Source of the DNA: Podarcis pityusensis
Taxonomy: Eukaryota
Assembly: GCA_964106645.2 (NCBI GenBank)
Contig: OZ067043.1
Direction: 5' to 3' (one strand)
DNA: 64,000 bases
The notes below the pieces were generated by a model, which was not told the origin of the DNA, did no database searches, and saw only the letters and a program-made list of their open reading frames with translations. Made by a program: the position numbers and the translations under genes. Of the stretch, positions 38,584 to 51,225 are shown piece after piece (the stretch's first letter is position 1; every line of letters starts with the position of its first letter).

Positions 38584-39984
38584 CAGGTGACTGCACACAC
38601 CTTGCAAACCCACATGTGTGTAACATTGACAACCTCTCACAAGCCACATTGAGCATGCGAAATAGGGTCTTATATGTGAAAGCACTTGTGTCACAGTAAA
38701 TTTGTTAGACTTTAAGGTGCCACAGCAAACATGACAGTTTTTCGTGGGGAAAGGAATCTCGGTGACTTGTTATGGCAACAGTGGGATAACTGAAGTTGTT
38801 CAAAGTTTAAGAAATCTATGCTCCTTGAGATGTTAGCCAGTCATAAATGGCTGTGTGTTCTTTTGTGCTTGAATTGTGCATGTTTGTGTGTGTGTGTTAC
38901 AGACACACACACACACACACTTGTGCTTGCACACATGCATTCACAAACTATCCTCATCTCTGTTGCAGTGTTGGGCAAAGGGCATTCTGTTGTATCTGCT
39001 TTTGTTGCTTGGTTGCAGAATGCATTTATTATGGTGAGATCGTGTGTGCATACAGTCCTGCCCACTGAGGTGAAACATTAACAGCTGGTGTGCAGCTGTA
39101 CACCTCACTCTGGGAACTTTTCTCACAGCCAAGAAGCCCTGAGAGGAAGGTGGGGGTGGGAGCTTTATTTATTTATTTATTTATTTATAGGCTCTTCCCA
39201 CAGTTGTAACTCTTGTTAACTGCTTCAGGCACCCCAGGGGCAGCTCTCTAGTTCTTCTTCTTCCTCAGGTTTATTCTTTCTGATGCCACCAGGACATAAG
39301 AGCAAGGGGAGCCCACAGTGCATTTGGCTGCCTCGTGGACTGGGAGTAGCACAGGAGTCATTTGTCTTGAGCCTTTCAGGAGGCCATTGACAAAAAATAA
39401 AAATAATTCCTAGTTATGCACCCAGGCTGAGGAATGGCAGCCAGTGTGCTCCACTGTAAAATCTGAAAACAATAAGCACCATCCCCTGTTGCTACAACTG
39501 TGGTGGAAGGCTGTCTAGCAAGCTCTTGCTAAAAAAAAATCCTTGAAGCGTCTCTTAACAGAAGTGCCAGTGTTCTTGAACAGTGAAGCTTAAGAATGCT
39601 CATTTCATTCCCAGTTCAAAAAGGAGGGTGGGCTTTTTTTACACCCCCACATGTAACTCTTGAAGCTCTTATAATGGATTCTCCATGTCCATTATAAATG
39701 CATAAATGAAAGCTGCTTTCCTTCTGTCACTTTCTCAGCACCACCCCTTCAAAAATGTGCCATCCGCACTGCGCAGCTGATACGGTAGAGAACATGCCTC
39801 ATAATTTTAAGTATTTTGCGCCATTGCCTTTTTGCTGGGGAGAACCTTTTCCCCACTTAAGGAACTTTGCCCCAAAGGAAAAGTTTGGGAGGGGAGGCTG
39901 CAGCCAGCGTGGGTAGAGAATATATTGTTGCAGGATTACACGTGTGTTCCCCCTGTTTCTTTCTTTATCACATTCATGCTGCAT

Positions 39985-40866
39985 TAGCAGCACCAAAGTG
40001 GACTCCCGCCAGGGGACAAGCCTGGGCAGAATGTTTGGAGGTCCTGGGCTGCCTAGATGATGAGACCTCCCTCTCTCTCAGCCTCACGGATGTGAGGAAA
40101 GCAGAGCAAGATGTTTGGCAGGGGTGTGGTTGCAGGGGTGCCAACTTGAGTAAGGTGAGCCCTGCCCCACATAATTGATCACATGATGTGATGCATGCAC
40201 ACCAGTTGAATGGCAATGCCCATCAACTTTGGAGGGCTCCAGCCCCCTCAGATATTTTATGGGGGGGGGGCAAAGTCCCCATGGCCCCGGCTCCTATTCT
40301 TTTCAGGAGTTGCCAGAAGGAGACCTACAAGACACCATCCAACTGCCTTAGGGACTCCACTCCAGATTTGCGTCGGGTTTACTCCTGAGCCCTTTCTTCT
40401 CCCAAAGATGTCCCACAAGTCAGTGGGTACAGATTGTTCCTCAGGGTTTACTCACGAAGCCACTCTTACAAATGAGTGTAGCTGCAAGGCAGCAAAAGTT
40501 TAGGACCAGTGTTTTCCTTCTCCTAGGTGGGCTACCTTCCTAGGTTGACGGGCCTCACCTGCCCCTCACTTCCCTCTACAGCATGTGCAGAAACCGCCTT
40601 CTTGACTGTTAGACCCATTACTGGTCTCGTCCACTCAATTGGCTGGAGTTTATCTTCACATGCAGTCCCTAAAGCACCAAGGATTTGAAACTCATTTGCT
40701 ACCCTCACCTGGTTAGCCTAGTCCAAGCCGTTCCTGGCATGTTGCTGCTATTGAATGCTGACAGTTTCTATGAGTCACAGTTGAGAGCTGAGTGCAGAGT
40801 GGAGACCCGTGGTGGATGGACTACCCAGAAGGAGCATGTCCCTCACCAGAGGCACTAACCCTCCTC
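39985..40866 (-). mobile_element. Probable RTE-clade LINE 5'-UTR fragment with a small nested insertion (about 40133-40298)
   Basis: gttttccttctcctaggtgggctaccttcctaggttgacg and gggtttactcc motifs resemble RTE 5' UTRs (from recall). The nested piece starts caggggtgccaacttga. Confidence 0.45.
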
Positions 40867-41251
40867 TAACACCCCATGCATTTCTATGCACACCAACACA
40901 AATACGAAGCAGAAGTGATTTCAGGCAAGGACCATAGGCATGTGGCTTTCAGAGAGCCAGAGGATGCTGAGGTTTTCATGAAATTAGGCCAAGAGCAGCA
41001 TGTTTCCCACTGGGCCACAAATCCCCCAACTAACAGTTAGGCTGTTATAATGCTGATGCAGTGCTGTAATAGATCAATTCCTTTCAAACTGTCCTCTACT
41101 ACCGATGGTCTTGCTGAGGAATAAACACCAAAAATGCTGAAGACATCTTGCCCTCCACCCTTCATCACTGGCCCTGCAATGCACAACCATGTGAGAGTAC
41201 AAAGTGTGCTCCAGAGTACATTTACAGTTCACTTGGGAAACCTTTGGCCCT

Positions 41252-41364
41252 CCAGATGTTGCTGAATTACAACTCCCATCACCTCTAGCTACTAGCCATG
41301 CTTTCTGGGGCTGATGGGAGTTGTAGTTCCGCAACATCTGGAGAGCCAAAGGTTCCTATCCCTG
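41252..41364. mobile_element. Short palindromic hAT MITE
   Basis: aacctttggccctccagatgttgc..acaactcccatca / tgatgggagttgt..gcaacatctggagagccaaaggtt. Confidence 0.85.
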
Positions 41365-42814
41365 GCCTTGGTGATAGGGAGCCCCATCACTAACCCATGT
41401 GAATGGCATGTGTTCCAGCTGTTGAAAAGAGCTGTTCATTTGGCTGGCTGTGGCAAGCTATGACTTGCATCCAGCTGACCAGACAGGGAAGCTTTCGTAA
41501 CTAGAAGAGAGGTGACAAATGGAGGCAAAGTTCAAGCTTACCAGTGGATTTTCCCATTGAAAACAGTTGACCTTAAAAGTGCTTCCCTTTCCCTGGGCTG
41601 TGCCCCAACGTCTGTTCTGTTTCCAGACCATCAATGTATAAGCGGTAAAAGTTTCTGGGGGTAGCAGCATTTGCACCTGTATTTGCAAGGCTGCCCCCCA
41701 GTGTGCCCCAAAACCACCTTCCTGTGGGTTGGGGTTCCTTTTCAGATAACTTGATGAAGAAAGAGTTCCCTGTAGGGAGATACTTCGTAAAACCGCTGAG
41801 CTAAAGGGAGTGAAATGCTGGAGTGCCGCACGTTCCTAGGATGCAAAGATGATCATGGCTAGTTTATTTGATGTTTATTGAGCCTGTTTGGGGATATGCC
41901 AGCAAATGGAAAGAATCTATAATGGAGAGGCCTCTTTTCACAAACTGGGTGGGAAATGTATGTAGGTGGGTGGGGGGTGGGGTGGAAGAGAGTGGGTTTT
42001 TTGTTTGCTTTTTGCTAAAGCTGATAAATCCTGAAGCTATTCTTCATTTGATTGCCTACAAAGAATTAGTATCAAAGGGGGATTCCCCTTTTCTTCCTTC
42101 CTGGGATGGTTAAGTTGAGTCGAAAACAGTTCCTTGATCCTAACCATAATGGCACGAAATGAGGAGCTAACAAAGGCTCTGATTGTCACAACAAGAGGCC
42201 CGACTCTCCCGGTTCTCTGGCTTGGCTCCAGCATTTCCTCTTTGCTGTGTCAACTATAGGGAAAGTGAAAGTATGAGCCCATCATCTTTGTGGGAAACGA
42301 TATTGCGCTTCTGAACCAGTTGCTGCACATTCAGTGTCATACACAGAAACATGTCTTCTGTCTTGGAGATCTTAAGATTATGTGAGGCTCAAGATTATGC
42401 GAGTACCTTTTCAAAACAAAGCAATGGGGTGTGTGTTTTTTAGCATTTATTTATTTAGCGTTTATATAGACTTTCAAGTGTTCCAGATATTTTGCTTAGG
42501 AAGCTGCCTTACAGTCTTTCTGGCGCTGCCTTGTCTGGCAAGGGCTCTCCAGAGAGTGACAACCCTGCAGTGTAGTTCAGCTTCTAAGTGGTTTGCACAG
42601 CAACCGTGCTGTGTTGTCCAGATGTATCAGCCCCTTATAGCAGGTTGGGGTTTGGTCTGAAACAGAGAGAGAAGCTTCCAGTAACCCTGAGCTTATAGGG
42701 CACAATTGCTCTAGGAGAAAAGTTGTGACGTTTGGGACTTTTTAGGAAAAAAAGGGCGAGTAAGAGGGGGAACATGTACAAAATTGTGCATGGTGTGGAA
42801 AATGTAGATGCTCA

Positions 42815-43130
42815 GTGTCATCCAGTGAACCTCTTCACACAGCACAAAATTAAACTGGACTTTGTCCCCATAATATGTAGTGATGGCCACCAGCATGGAT
42901 GGCTTTAAAAGGGGATTAGACAGATGCATGGGGCTTGTGGTTATCAGGGGATACTAGCAACAACGGCCATATGGTGGAGACTACCCGTTTCTGGGAATCG
43001 GATGCGGAGAGTGCTGTTGCACTGGGGTTCTGCTTGCAGATTTCCCATAGGCATTTGGCTGGACACTGTGAATGGGGTGCTGGAGAAGTGGGACTTTGGC
43101 CTAGGACGGTGCTGTGTTACCTGTTCCTTT
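42815..43130 (+). mobile_element. CR1 3' fragment
   Basis: gtagtgatggccaccagcatggatggctttaaaaggggattagaca...ggagagtgctgttgc... Confidence 0.7.
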
Positions 43131-44162
43131 TATCTCCATATTACACGTTGTGCTGGGTGAGTAGTGTGCAACCCTACAGTGTAATCCAGTGACTACTAAC
43201 ATTGCACCCTCAGATTTCCTTTCAGGCCAAATCAAGCATTAACTGCATGGAGAAGCCTCATGTTTCATTGACTTGCATGCAGACCGGCTGCACATTTCAT
43301 ATGCGCATGAGGTAGTGAGACCTATGTTGGAGCAAGGACTCCTCTCTTCAGTGCTAACTTTTGGAGTGTGATTCTTTCATCCTTCTCAGCCTCAGTTGCT
43401 CGGGCATTGTCGGCATAGGGGAAGAAGATACACACAAGTGTTTTGTTGCATGTCAGAGTCCAAAAAGTGAATTTGCAGATTACTTTTTGTGTCCTTGGAA
43501 AGGACCACCACAGTTGCATCCCATGAGTTGACACGGGTAGAGTATGGTACTTAGGCACAGTAGATCAGAGTTAAAATCTCTGTCCACCCCATGACATTCA
43601 CTGAGGACCTTGGACAGGTCAATATATCACTCGCCTACCTTGCTTTGGCAAATAAAGGATAAGTTCCATGCATTCTGCACTGAGCTCATGCGGAGGACGG
43701 GCTGGATACAAATGCTATTGATTAATTGTTCCTTTAGTAAAATGACAGAGTGGGCAGTTGTGCTGTTATGAAAAATTTAAAATAAATACCAGTTGCACTC
43801 CTTGCAGGTAAAATGACAAAGCTGTGTATGCACACCACTCTAAAACATTTGTGGCACATTTTCAGCTGGGAAGAAGTGTCCATTCTCATCTAGTGTGCTA
43901 AAACTCCCTCTAACCTATTGCCTAATGTCTTTTCTTGCCACAAGTAACCAGGAGAGCGACCATTTACAAGTTTACAGTATGACAAACATAGCCTTTTCGT
44001 TTTGTTTTGATATTATAAACATAGCTTCTCATTCTGATTTTTCACACAAACATTTATAGCAAGTCGACCCTGCAGACTTTGAAAAGAACGAAGAGACATT
44101 TCTCTCTCTTCCTGCTCTTGTGTTTTAGTCTCAAACTCTCAACACTTTTTCTTCTCTTACAG

Positions 44163-44467
44163 GAAAGGCCTTTGATATTACATACGTACGCCTGAAATTT
44201 CACACCAGCCGGCCGGAGAGCTTTGCCATCTACAAACGCACTCGGGAAGACGGTCCTTGGGTGCCTTACCAGTACTACAGTGGCTCATGCGAGAACACCT
44301 ACCGCAAATCCAGCCGTGCCTTCATCAGGACCGGGGAGGATGAACAGCAGGCCCTTTGCACAGACGAGTTCAGTGACATCTCTCCACTCACGGGAGGCAA
44401 CGTAGCCTTTTCAACACTGGAGGGCAGGCCCAGCGCTTACAACTTTGACAACAGCCCTGTCTTACAG
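44163..44467 (+). CDS. LAMC1: Laminin subunit gamma-1, coding exon 2 (LN domain)
   Basis: Polypyrimidine tract then cag acceptor, donor gtaagg; 305 bp. Translates (G)[46 protein letters not shown]...[16 protein letters not shown], a recognisable LAMC1 LN-domain sequence. Confidence 0.97.
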
Positions 44468-45014
44468 GTAAGGAGAATGGGGATTGGATCTGGATCAGAG
44501 GCTGTGACTGAGGCACATCTCAGTTCTTCATATCTAAGTCTCTCCTGGGTACAACCAGAAGAAGACACTAGGCAGCTCCTCTCTACTTTTTATGGATAAC
44601 CCCAATGTAGGCCTACAGCATGCTCCAGTTTTCATTAGTTAACGAGGTTATCTATGGTCCTGCTTCTTCAGGTGTGTTCTGTATCTTGCTGTTTAGCAGC
44701 TGGTCAGGGAGACCCCTGGCGTGAGACGTGAAGCAGCTTCAGGTTTGCGCCTGAGTGCAGCACAGTGGGAATGGACAGATCTGAGCCTCAGGGTGCGATT
44801 CCTCACACATTCTCTGGCACAATCTCTATTGAAAGGAATGGGAACCACAGAACAACCTGTCTGCTCCTTTGAAGGAGACCGATATACATGTGTGATGAAG
44901 AATAATTAGTAAAACGGTAATGGGAGAGCTTGGGAATTTGGCTGTTTTTGTGGTCCACCGTGTAGGTCCAGTGGTTCATTGCAGGGGAAAACTGGTGCAG
45001 ATTTTTATAAGGGC

Positions 45015-45243
45015 GTAAGAAGAGCCTGCTAGATCAGGTCCGTGGCCCATCTAGTCCAGTATCCTGTTGTCACACTGGCCGTGGGAAGACCACAAGCAGG
45101 ACCTGAGAGCAACAGCACTCTCCTCGCCTGCAGTTTCCAGCAGCATTATTCAGAAGTACAGTGCCATTGGATAGCCTTAATATCTATGAATTTGTCTAAT
45201 CTTCTTCAAAAGCGATCTAAGTTGGGGGCCATCACTGCCCCTT
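45015..45243 (-). mobile_element. CR1 3' fragment (inverted relative to 42815)
   Basis: gcaacagcactctcc and atgaatttgtctaatc...ggccatcact are reverse complements of blocks in 42815-43130. Confidence 0.7.
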
Positions 45244-46024
45244 GTTTAACTGATCCATTTAAATCTACATCCTGTCACACCTCCTAACAAGGAAACCAGG
45301 CAGCTTCCTTTTAAGGGAAACAGAACTGTTGTGTTGCATCGCTGTTGTATTTGTTTTTCCGTGGGATCCGCCCGCTTCCTTTTCAAATTGGCATCAGCAC
45401 ATCTTAAAGCTGTGAAATGAACAGGAAAAATACTGGTTGCTGTGAACATGAAAGCCTCGCTGATGATTTTTCAGTATGTGCTGGAATTCAGGCTCCCAAG
45501 AAAAGACAGACTTGAGCCTTAGAGCCTTGGGGCAGGTATCTGTTCTGGAGCAATTATGCTGGTTTCCCTTGGGTTGTGGTGAGTCTATGGGAAAGCGGAA
45601 GCTGAGAATTTAAAACAAAGCATTCGTGTAAGTATGATTCATTGTGTGTATTATACATGGGTACTTGGTTCTGAGACTGGAAAACTTCCAGCAAACATGT
45701 ACATATCTTTGGTTAATTTTTAAAATTTCTCCCCTACTTCCTGGACCAGGCAAAGCATTCCAAACCATTTAGAAAGAAGGATATGGGATAGAAATAAATC
45801 CCAAGATATGCTAGCATCCCTGAGGACTCAACTGCTTAGTTGAGTTGAGCTGTTGGGATGGTTCAGATGTAATGCTAAGCCATATTTTGGTATTATGTAC
45901 CTGAACCTGGCTCCATCTTCCCCTTGTGTGTGACAGTTGGTCTTGAGGCAAATCATCACTGGCCATTTTCCATTTACCAGGGTAAGATGTAGGGAATTGC
46001 TTCATATGAGGGGAAGGGAAGGAC

Positions 46025-48887
46025 CACCTATGATCTGATTATCAATGAGGAGGCTGATCTGGCATGTATCACTGAAACCTGGGTGGGTGAACAGGGTGGA
46101 GTTGGTCTCACCCAGCTGTGCCCACCGGGGTACTCAGTGCACCATCAGGCCAGACTTGAGGGTCGGGGAGGGGGAGTTGTTGTAGTCTATAGAGATTCTC
46201 TCTCTATCCCTAGGGTCTCTGTCCAGTTGGGGGGGGGGGTCTGGAGTGTGTGTTCCTGGCATTGGCCAATCGGGACAGATTAGGGATTCTGCTGGTTTAC
46301 CACCTGCCTCGCTGCCCAGCAGTCTCCCTTCCTGAGCTGACAGAGCTGGTCTTGGAGGTGGTGTTGAGGACTCTCAGACTGCTGATTCTGGGAAACTTCA
46401 ACATCCATGCCAAGGCAGCTGGCTCTGGGGTGGCTCAGGACTTCATGGCTGCCATGACAACCATGAGGCTGTCCCAACATGTCACCGGCCCAATGCACAT
46501 GGAAGGCCACACTCTGGACCTTGTCTTTTCAACTAGGCAGGAAGACGGTGATTTGAATGTGCGGAACATTGACATCAGTCCCTTGTTGTGGTCACTTCCT
46601 GTTTAGATTTAGAATTTCAGCACCTTTTCCCCCTCTGCAGAGATGGGGGACCTATTAGGAAGGTCCACCCTTGGCGGCTGATGGAGCCAGTGGGATTCCA
46701 AATGGCTCTGGGGGGTTTTCTGGCTGATATGACTGGTGCACCTGTTGAAGCCCTGGTTGACCTCTGGAACACCCCAATGCCACTGAGTGCCCTCTCCCAC
46801 TTCGTGGAGCCCGATTGGCCCCCTGGTATACTCTGGAGATAAGGGCAAGGAAACAAGCTGGGAGATGGCTTGAACAGTGGAGGAAAGATTCAAATGAATG
46901 CAACCAAACACTGGTAAGGGCTCATTATTGAGCCTCCCTAGTGGCAGTGAAGACAGCAAAAAAGGCCTACTTTACTGCCTCCATGGCATCCTCATTATGT
47001 CGTCCGGTAGAGCCTTTCCAGGTTGTACAGGGCCTTTTCCAGGCTGGCCCAAGGGAGATGGTAGAACCAACAGTAGCTCTCTGTGACTTGTCTGCAAAGC
47101 ATTGTGAGGATAACATCGCTTGCATCCACCAAGACCTTGACTCTGCTGTTATAGCAGATGAATCCCATGGGGTGTCCAGAGCACAGTCTAGTCCTGTTGT
47201 GGTGGATGAGTTTCAGTTGGTAAGGCTCAACAATATGGACAAGGTGCTGGAATCAGTCAGAGCGACCACTTGCACTCCAGACCCTTGCCTCTCTTGGCTG
47301 ATAAAAGCCAGCAGGGAAGGAACAGCTGGCTGGGCCAGGGAGGTGATCAATGCCTCTTTACGAGAGGGGTGGTTCCTGCCTGTTTGAAGGAGGCAGTGGT
47401 AAAACCACTCCTTAGGAAACCTTCCCTGGACTCAGAAAATCCAACTAACTACTGGCCAGTTGCTAATCTCCCTTTCCTGGGCAAGGTTCTGGAGTGAGCA
47501 GTCGCAGACCAGATCCAAGCACTTTTGGAAGAAACTGATTTTCTGGATCCATTTCAATCAGGGTTTAGGCCTGGTTTGGGCACAGAAACTGCTTTGGTCG
47601 CCCTGTATGATGACCTCTGTCGAGACAGAGATAAGGGAAACATGTCCCTGTTAATTCTTCTCGACCTCTCAGCAGCTTTCAATACCATTGACCATGTTAT
47701 CCTACTGGAGCGACTCTCCGAACTAGGGGTGGGTGGCACCGCTTTACGGTGGTTCCAGTCCTACTCGGATGGTCTTTCCCAGAGGCTGTTCCTTGGGGAA
47801 TGCTTTTCAGCCCTGTGGAACCTTCAGTGTGGGCTTCCGCAGGGCTCAATCCTATCTCCCATGTTGTTCAACATCTACATGAAACCGCTGGGTGGGGTTA
47901 TTCAGAGCTTTGGAGCACGTTGTCAGCAGTATGCTGATGACACTCAGCTCTATTTCTCCTTTACATCTGCAGGTGAGGCAGTGGAAATGCCTTGATAATG
48001 GACTGGATGAGAGCCAACAAACTTAAACTCAATCCAGATCAGGCTGAGGCACGGTTAGTGGGTGGTTCCCTAGACCGGATGGGCTGGAAGGCTGCCTGCT
48101 CTTGATGGGGTTACACTTCCTCTGAAGGGGCAGGTACAAGCTTGGGGGTACACCTGGATCCTTTGCTGTCGCTTGAGGCTAAGGTCTCAGTGGCCTGGAG
48201 TGCCTTCCACCAGCTTTGGCTTGTGGCCCAGCAACATCCTTATCTGGACAGGGATAGCCTAACTACTGTTGTATATGCTCTGGTAACCTCAAGGTTAAAT
48301 TACTGCAATGTGTTAATACGTAGGGCTGCCTCTGAATATTGTTCAAAAACTTCTGCTAGTGCAGAATTCAGCGGCCAGGTTGCTCATTGGAGCAAGACGG
48401 TTTGAGCATATTTCACTGATTCTGGTCAGACTGCACTGACTACCAATTAGTTTCCAGGCCCAATTCAAAGTGCTGGTTTTGACCTATAAAGCCTTAGATG
48501 GCTCAGGACCACAATACCTCAAGGACTGCTTCTTTCCACATGAACCTACCCGGACCCTGAGATCATCTTCTGAGGCCCTTCTGAGGGTGGCAACACGAGA
48601 GCAGGGCCTTCTCTGTAGTGGCTCCCCATCTGTGGAATGCTCTCCCCAGGGAAGTTCGCCTGACACCTTCATTATACACCTTTAGGCGCCAGGCAAAAAC
48701 GTTCCTTTTTGACCAGGCCTTTGGTTGATCTGATTTACATCCTATGCCCTTTTAAAATGTGCTTTTTTGTGTGTGGGGGTATTTGGTTGTTGTTTTTCTT
48801 TTTATTATATATTTTGTGGTTTTACATCTTGATTTTATTCTGTGAACTGCCCTGAGACCCCCAGGTATAGGGCGGTATATAAATTCA

Positions 48888-48927
<40 letters not shown>
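46025..48927 (+). mobile_element. L2-clade LINE, near-complete but disrupted ORF2 (APE endonuclease + RT) with (AAT)n tail
   Basis: Endonuclease motifs DLACITETW, LILGNFNIH and GHTLDLVF; RT motifs FQSGFR..TETAL, LLDLSAAFNTIDH, GLPQGSILSPMLFNIYM and QYADDTQLY; many frameshifts and stops. Confidence 0.93.
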
Positions 48928-48930
<3 letters not shown>

Positions 48931-49506
48931 GTGTCCAGAGACTGCAGGTTTTGCACAACCTGGCAGATCCAAATGCTCTGTTTGTGACTTTATAGTTGTC
49001 ACAGCACAGAGCAGTAACCAGATGGGTGGTTGAAGAATGAATGCACAGTTGGTACAGAATTTTTAAAATTCTGTTCATAGAGGCTCTCGCGTGAGGTTAT
49101 AAAGGGATTTTTAAAAAATATATAACGAGTTTTGATAATGGATGAGTTGTGTTCTCAAGGAAATAATGAATAATGTGGAACTACAAGGCCCAACAGGCCT
49201 ACTGGCAATGGCCTCATTTGCATGTCACTTTAAACTATAGTTACAGGTGACTGTGGTTCAAAGCAGAAGGTGCAGCAGGACCAAGTCTTGGGTGCTCTGC
49301 TCCCCGTCCGTCCGCCTCCTGCTGCTGTGTGTGGCTTAGCGCTACACCTGAGCCTTGCCTCTGGGTTTGTTTTCCCCAAGCAAACCACAAGCAATAAGCC
49401 AAACACAAACCTTGGCTAGAGTCACATAGAATATATGCTATACATTGAGTGTTGCTGTGGCTTGTTCATACGTGTATTGTGGCTTCATTTCAATTTCCCC
49501 TTTTAG

Positions 49507-49637
49507 GAATGGGTAACTGCTACCGATATCAGAGTCAGCCTTAATCGCCTGAACACCTTTGGAGATGAAGTTTTTAATGATCCCAAAGTTCTCAAGTCTT
49601 ATTACTATGCCATTTCTGACTTTGCTGTGGGTGGCAG
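49507..49637 (+). CDS. LAMC1: Laminin gamma-1 exon 3 (end of LN domain)
   Basis: ttttag acceptor, gtaagt donor; 131 bp; [44 protein letters not shown], in frame with exon 2. Confidence 0.97.
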
Positions 49638-50014
49638 GTAAGTAGTAAACCACACCCAATTATATATTTAATATCTTAAATAAGTGTTTGCTTGGGGCTT
49701 CTGACTGCACCCCCCCCCCCCATTTTTATTTGTATGTACACAAAGTTGAAGTGATTTTTCATTTAAAAATGATGACTTAATAAATCATCTGTTACTGAAC
49801 TTGTGTACTGGTATTTAACAGGCTCAAGGACTATTCCAATATCTATGGTGTATTCTTCAAGTTCATTTGCACTAGATTCATGTAACCAGGTCAAGCTTAT
49901 AAAGTTCAGTAGTACTTCTCATAATTACTTGGCGTTGTTTACATTTTATGAAAAGTCTCTGTCCATGTTAAAAGAGGTTGTCATAAAGTAAAACCCAAAC
50001 ATGAGAATTTAACC

Positions 50015-50275
50015 CATGGGTAGGCAACCTAAGGCCCAGGGGCCGGATCCGGCCCAATAGCGCTCTCAATCCGGCCCGCGGATGGTGTGTTTTTACATGA
50101 GTGTGTTTTTACATCAGCGTGTTTTTACATGAGTAGAATGTGTGCTTTTATTTAAAATGCATCTCTGGGTTATTTGTGGGGCATGGGAATTTGTTCATTT
50201 TTATTTCCCCCCCAAAATATAGTCCAGCCCCACACAAGGTCTGAGGGACAGTAGACCAGCCCCCTGCTGAAAACC
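50015..50275. mobile_element. hAT-like MITE, right end damaged
   Basis: CATGGGTAGGCAACC terminus, repeated ggccc(g)/gggcc subterminal motifs, internal (gtgtttttacat.ag)x3. Confidence 0.65.
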
Positions 50276-50913
50276 CTTTTCACTGGTTAATAATTGTTCA
50301 ACAGTTCAGATGAGAAGCAGGGGAAAGTATTGCTAATGGTTGTGTGTTAATTGCAGCTCTGCCTTATCCCTGACTTTGTTTAAGCTAACAGTTGTCTATA
50401 AAAGCTTTCCATACAAATACTTAACTTTTCCAACTTGCTCAGAGCACTTTGTATATATTACATCAATAACTTTCACAACAGCCTTCTCAGTTAGGCCGGT
50501 ATATTTATCCCCATGCAAAGATGTGGAAGAAGGAGACAACTGACGCTGAAGAGCTGGTTTGCATAAGGCAAATAAGGTAGAAGTTGGGCTTCTTGGCTCA
50601 CAATGCACACTTTGAACTTCTAGCCACTAAACTCTGGCTGCTAGAGTAGGTACGCAGAGTACGTATCATTTGTAAACTTTGAACTTGCTTTGCACAACTT
50701 CATCATGTTTGCTCTCCCAGTAAGTTATGTGCTCTGGCATAGTGGGAGCTAGTAGCATTTTTGTTTCATTTTCAATAATATCAGCATCCCTTATCTGCCA
50801 TTGATTCACTTAGATGTGTCAGTATTCTTCAGTCTGTAAAACAATAACACTTCTGTCGGAGTCATGAGGGCAAACCCAGTTGAGTTTTGATAACACTTGG
50901 GTTGTGTCTAAAT

Positions 50914-51225
50914 CAGTGCTTCTCAAAAAATTTCCTCTGGGCCACACTGTCAGAATTAAAATTTGCTTGCACCACACCAAATGTTTTTATTGATGAGAAA
51001 TGTGTTGGAAAACAAAAAGACACAACTCCGAACAGTGCTTAACATAGAACACAACTACTTTATCATATGATCGTGGGACACCCAGAAGGTATAAAACAAT
51101 GCAGCTACGTTAGAGCATGAATCATTCCTAAAATATAATACTGATTGTCCTTGAATTTTCCTGCCACACTTGCCATTCTCTCCTGCCACACTAGTGTGGT
51201 GTGTCACACCATTTGAGAGCCACTG
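50914..51225. mobile_element. hAT (Charlie-like) MITE
   Basis: TIR CAGTGCTTCTCAAA / TTTGAGAGCCACTG, with repeated (g)ccacac subterminal motifs. Confidence 0.7.

Larger units (their letters stand above)
1..44162 (+). other. LAMC1: Distal part of LAMC1 intron 1 (more than 44 kb; exon 1 upstream of window)
   Basis: No exon encoding the signal peptide or N-terminal LN segment is seen upstream of 44163. Exon 2 starts in phase 1, part-way through the LN domain. The region is TE-rich and non-coding. Confidence 0.85.

Noticed and set aside
46083-48685. Active retrotransposon or domesticated reverse transcriptase gene
   Set aside because: ORF2 is broken into many frames by stops and frameshifts.
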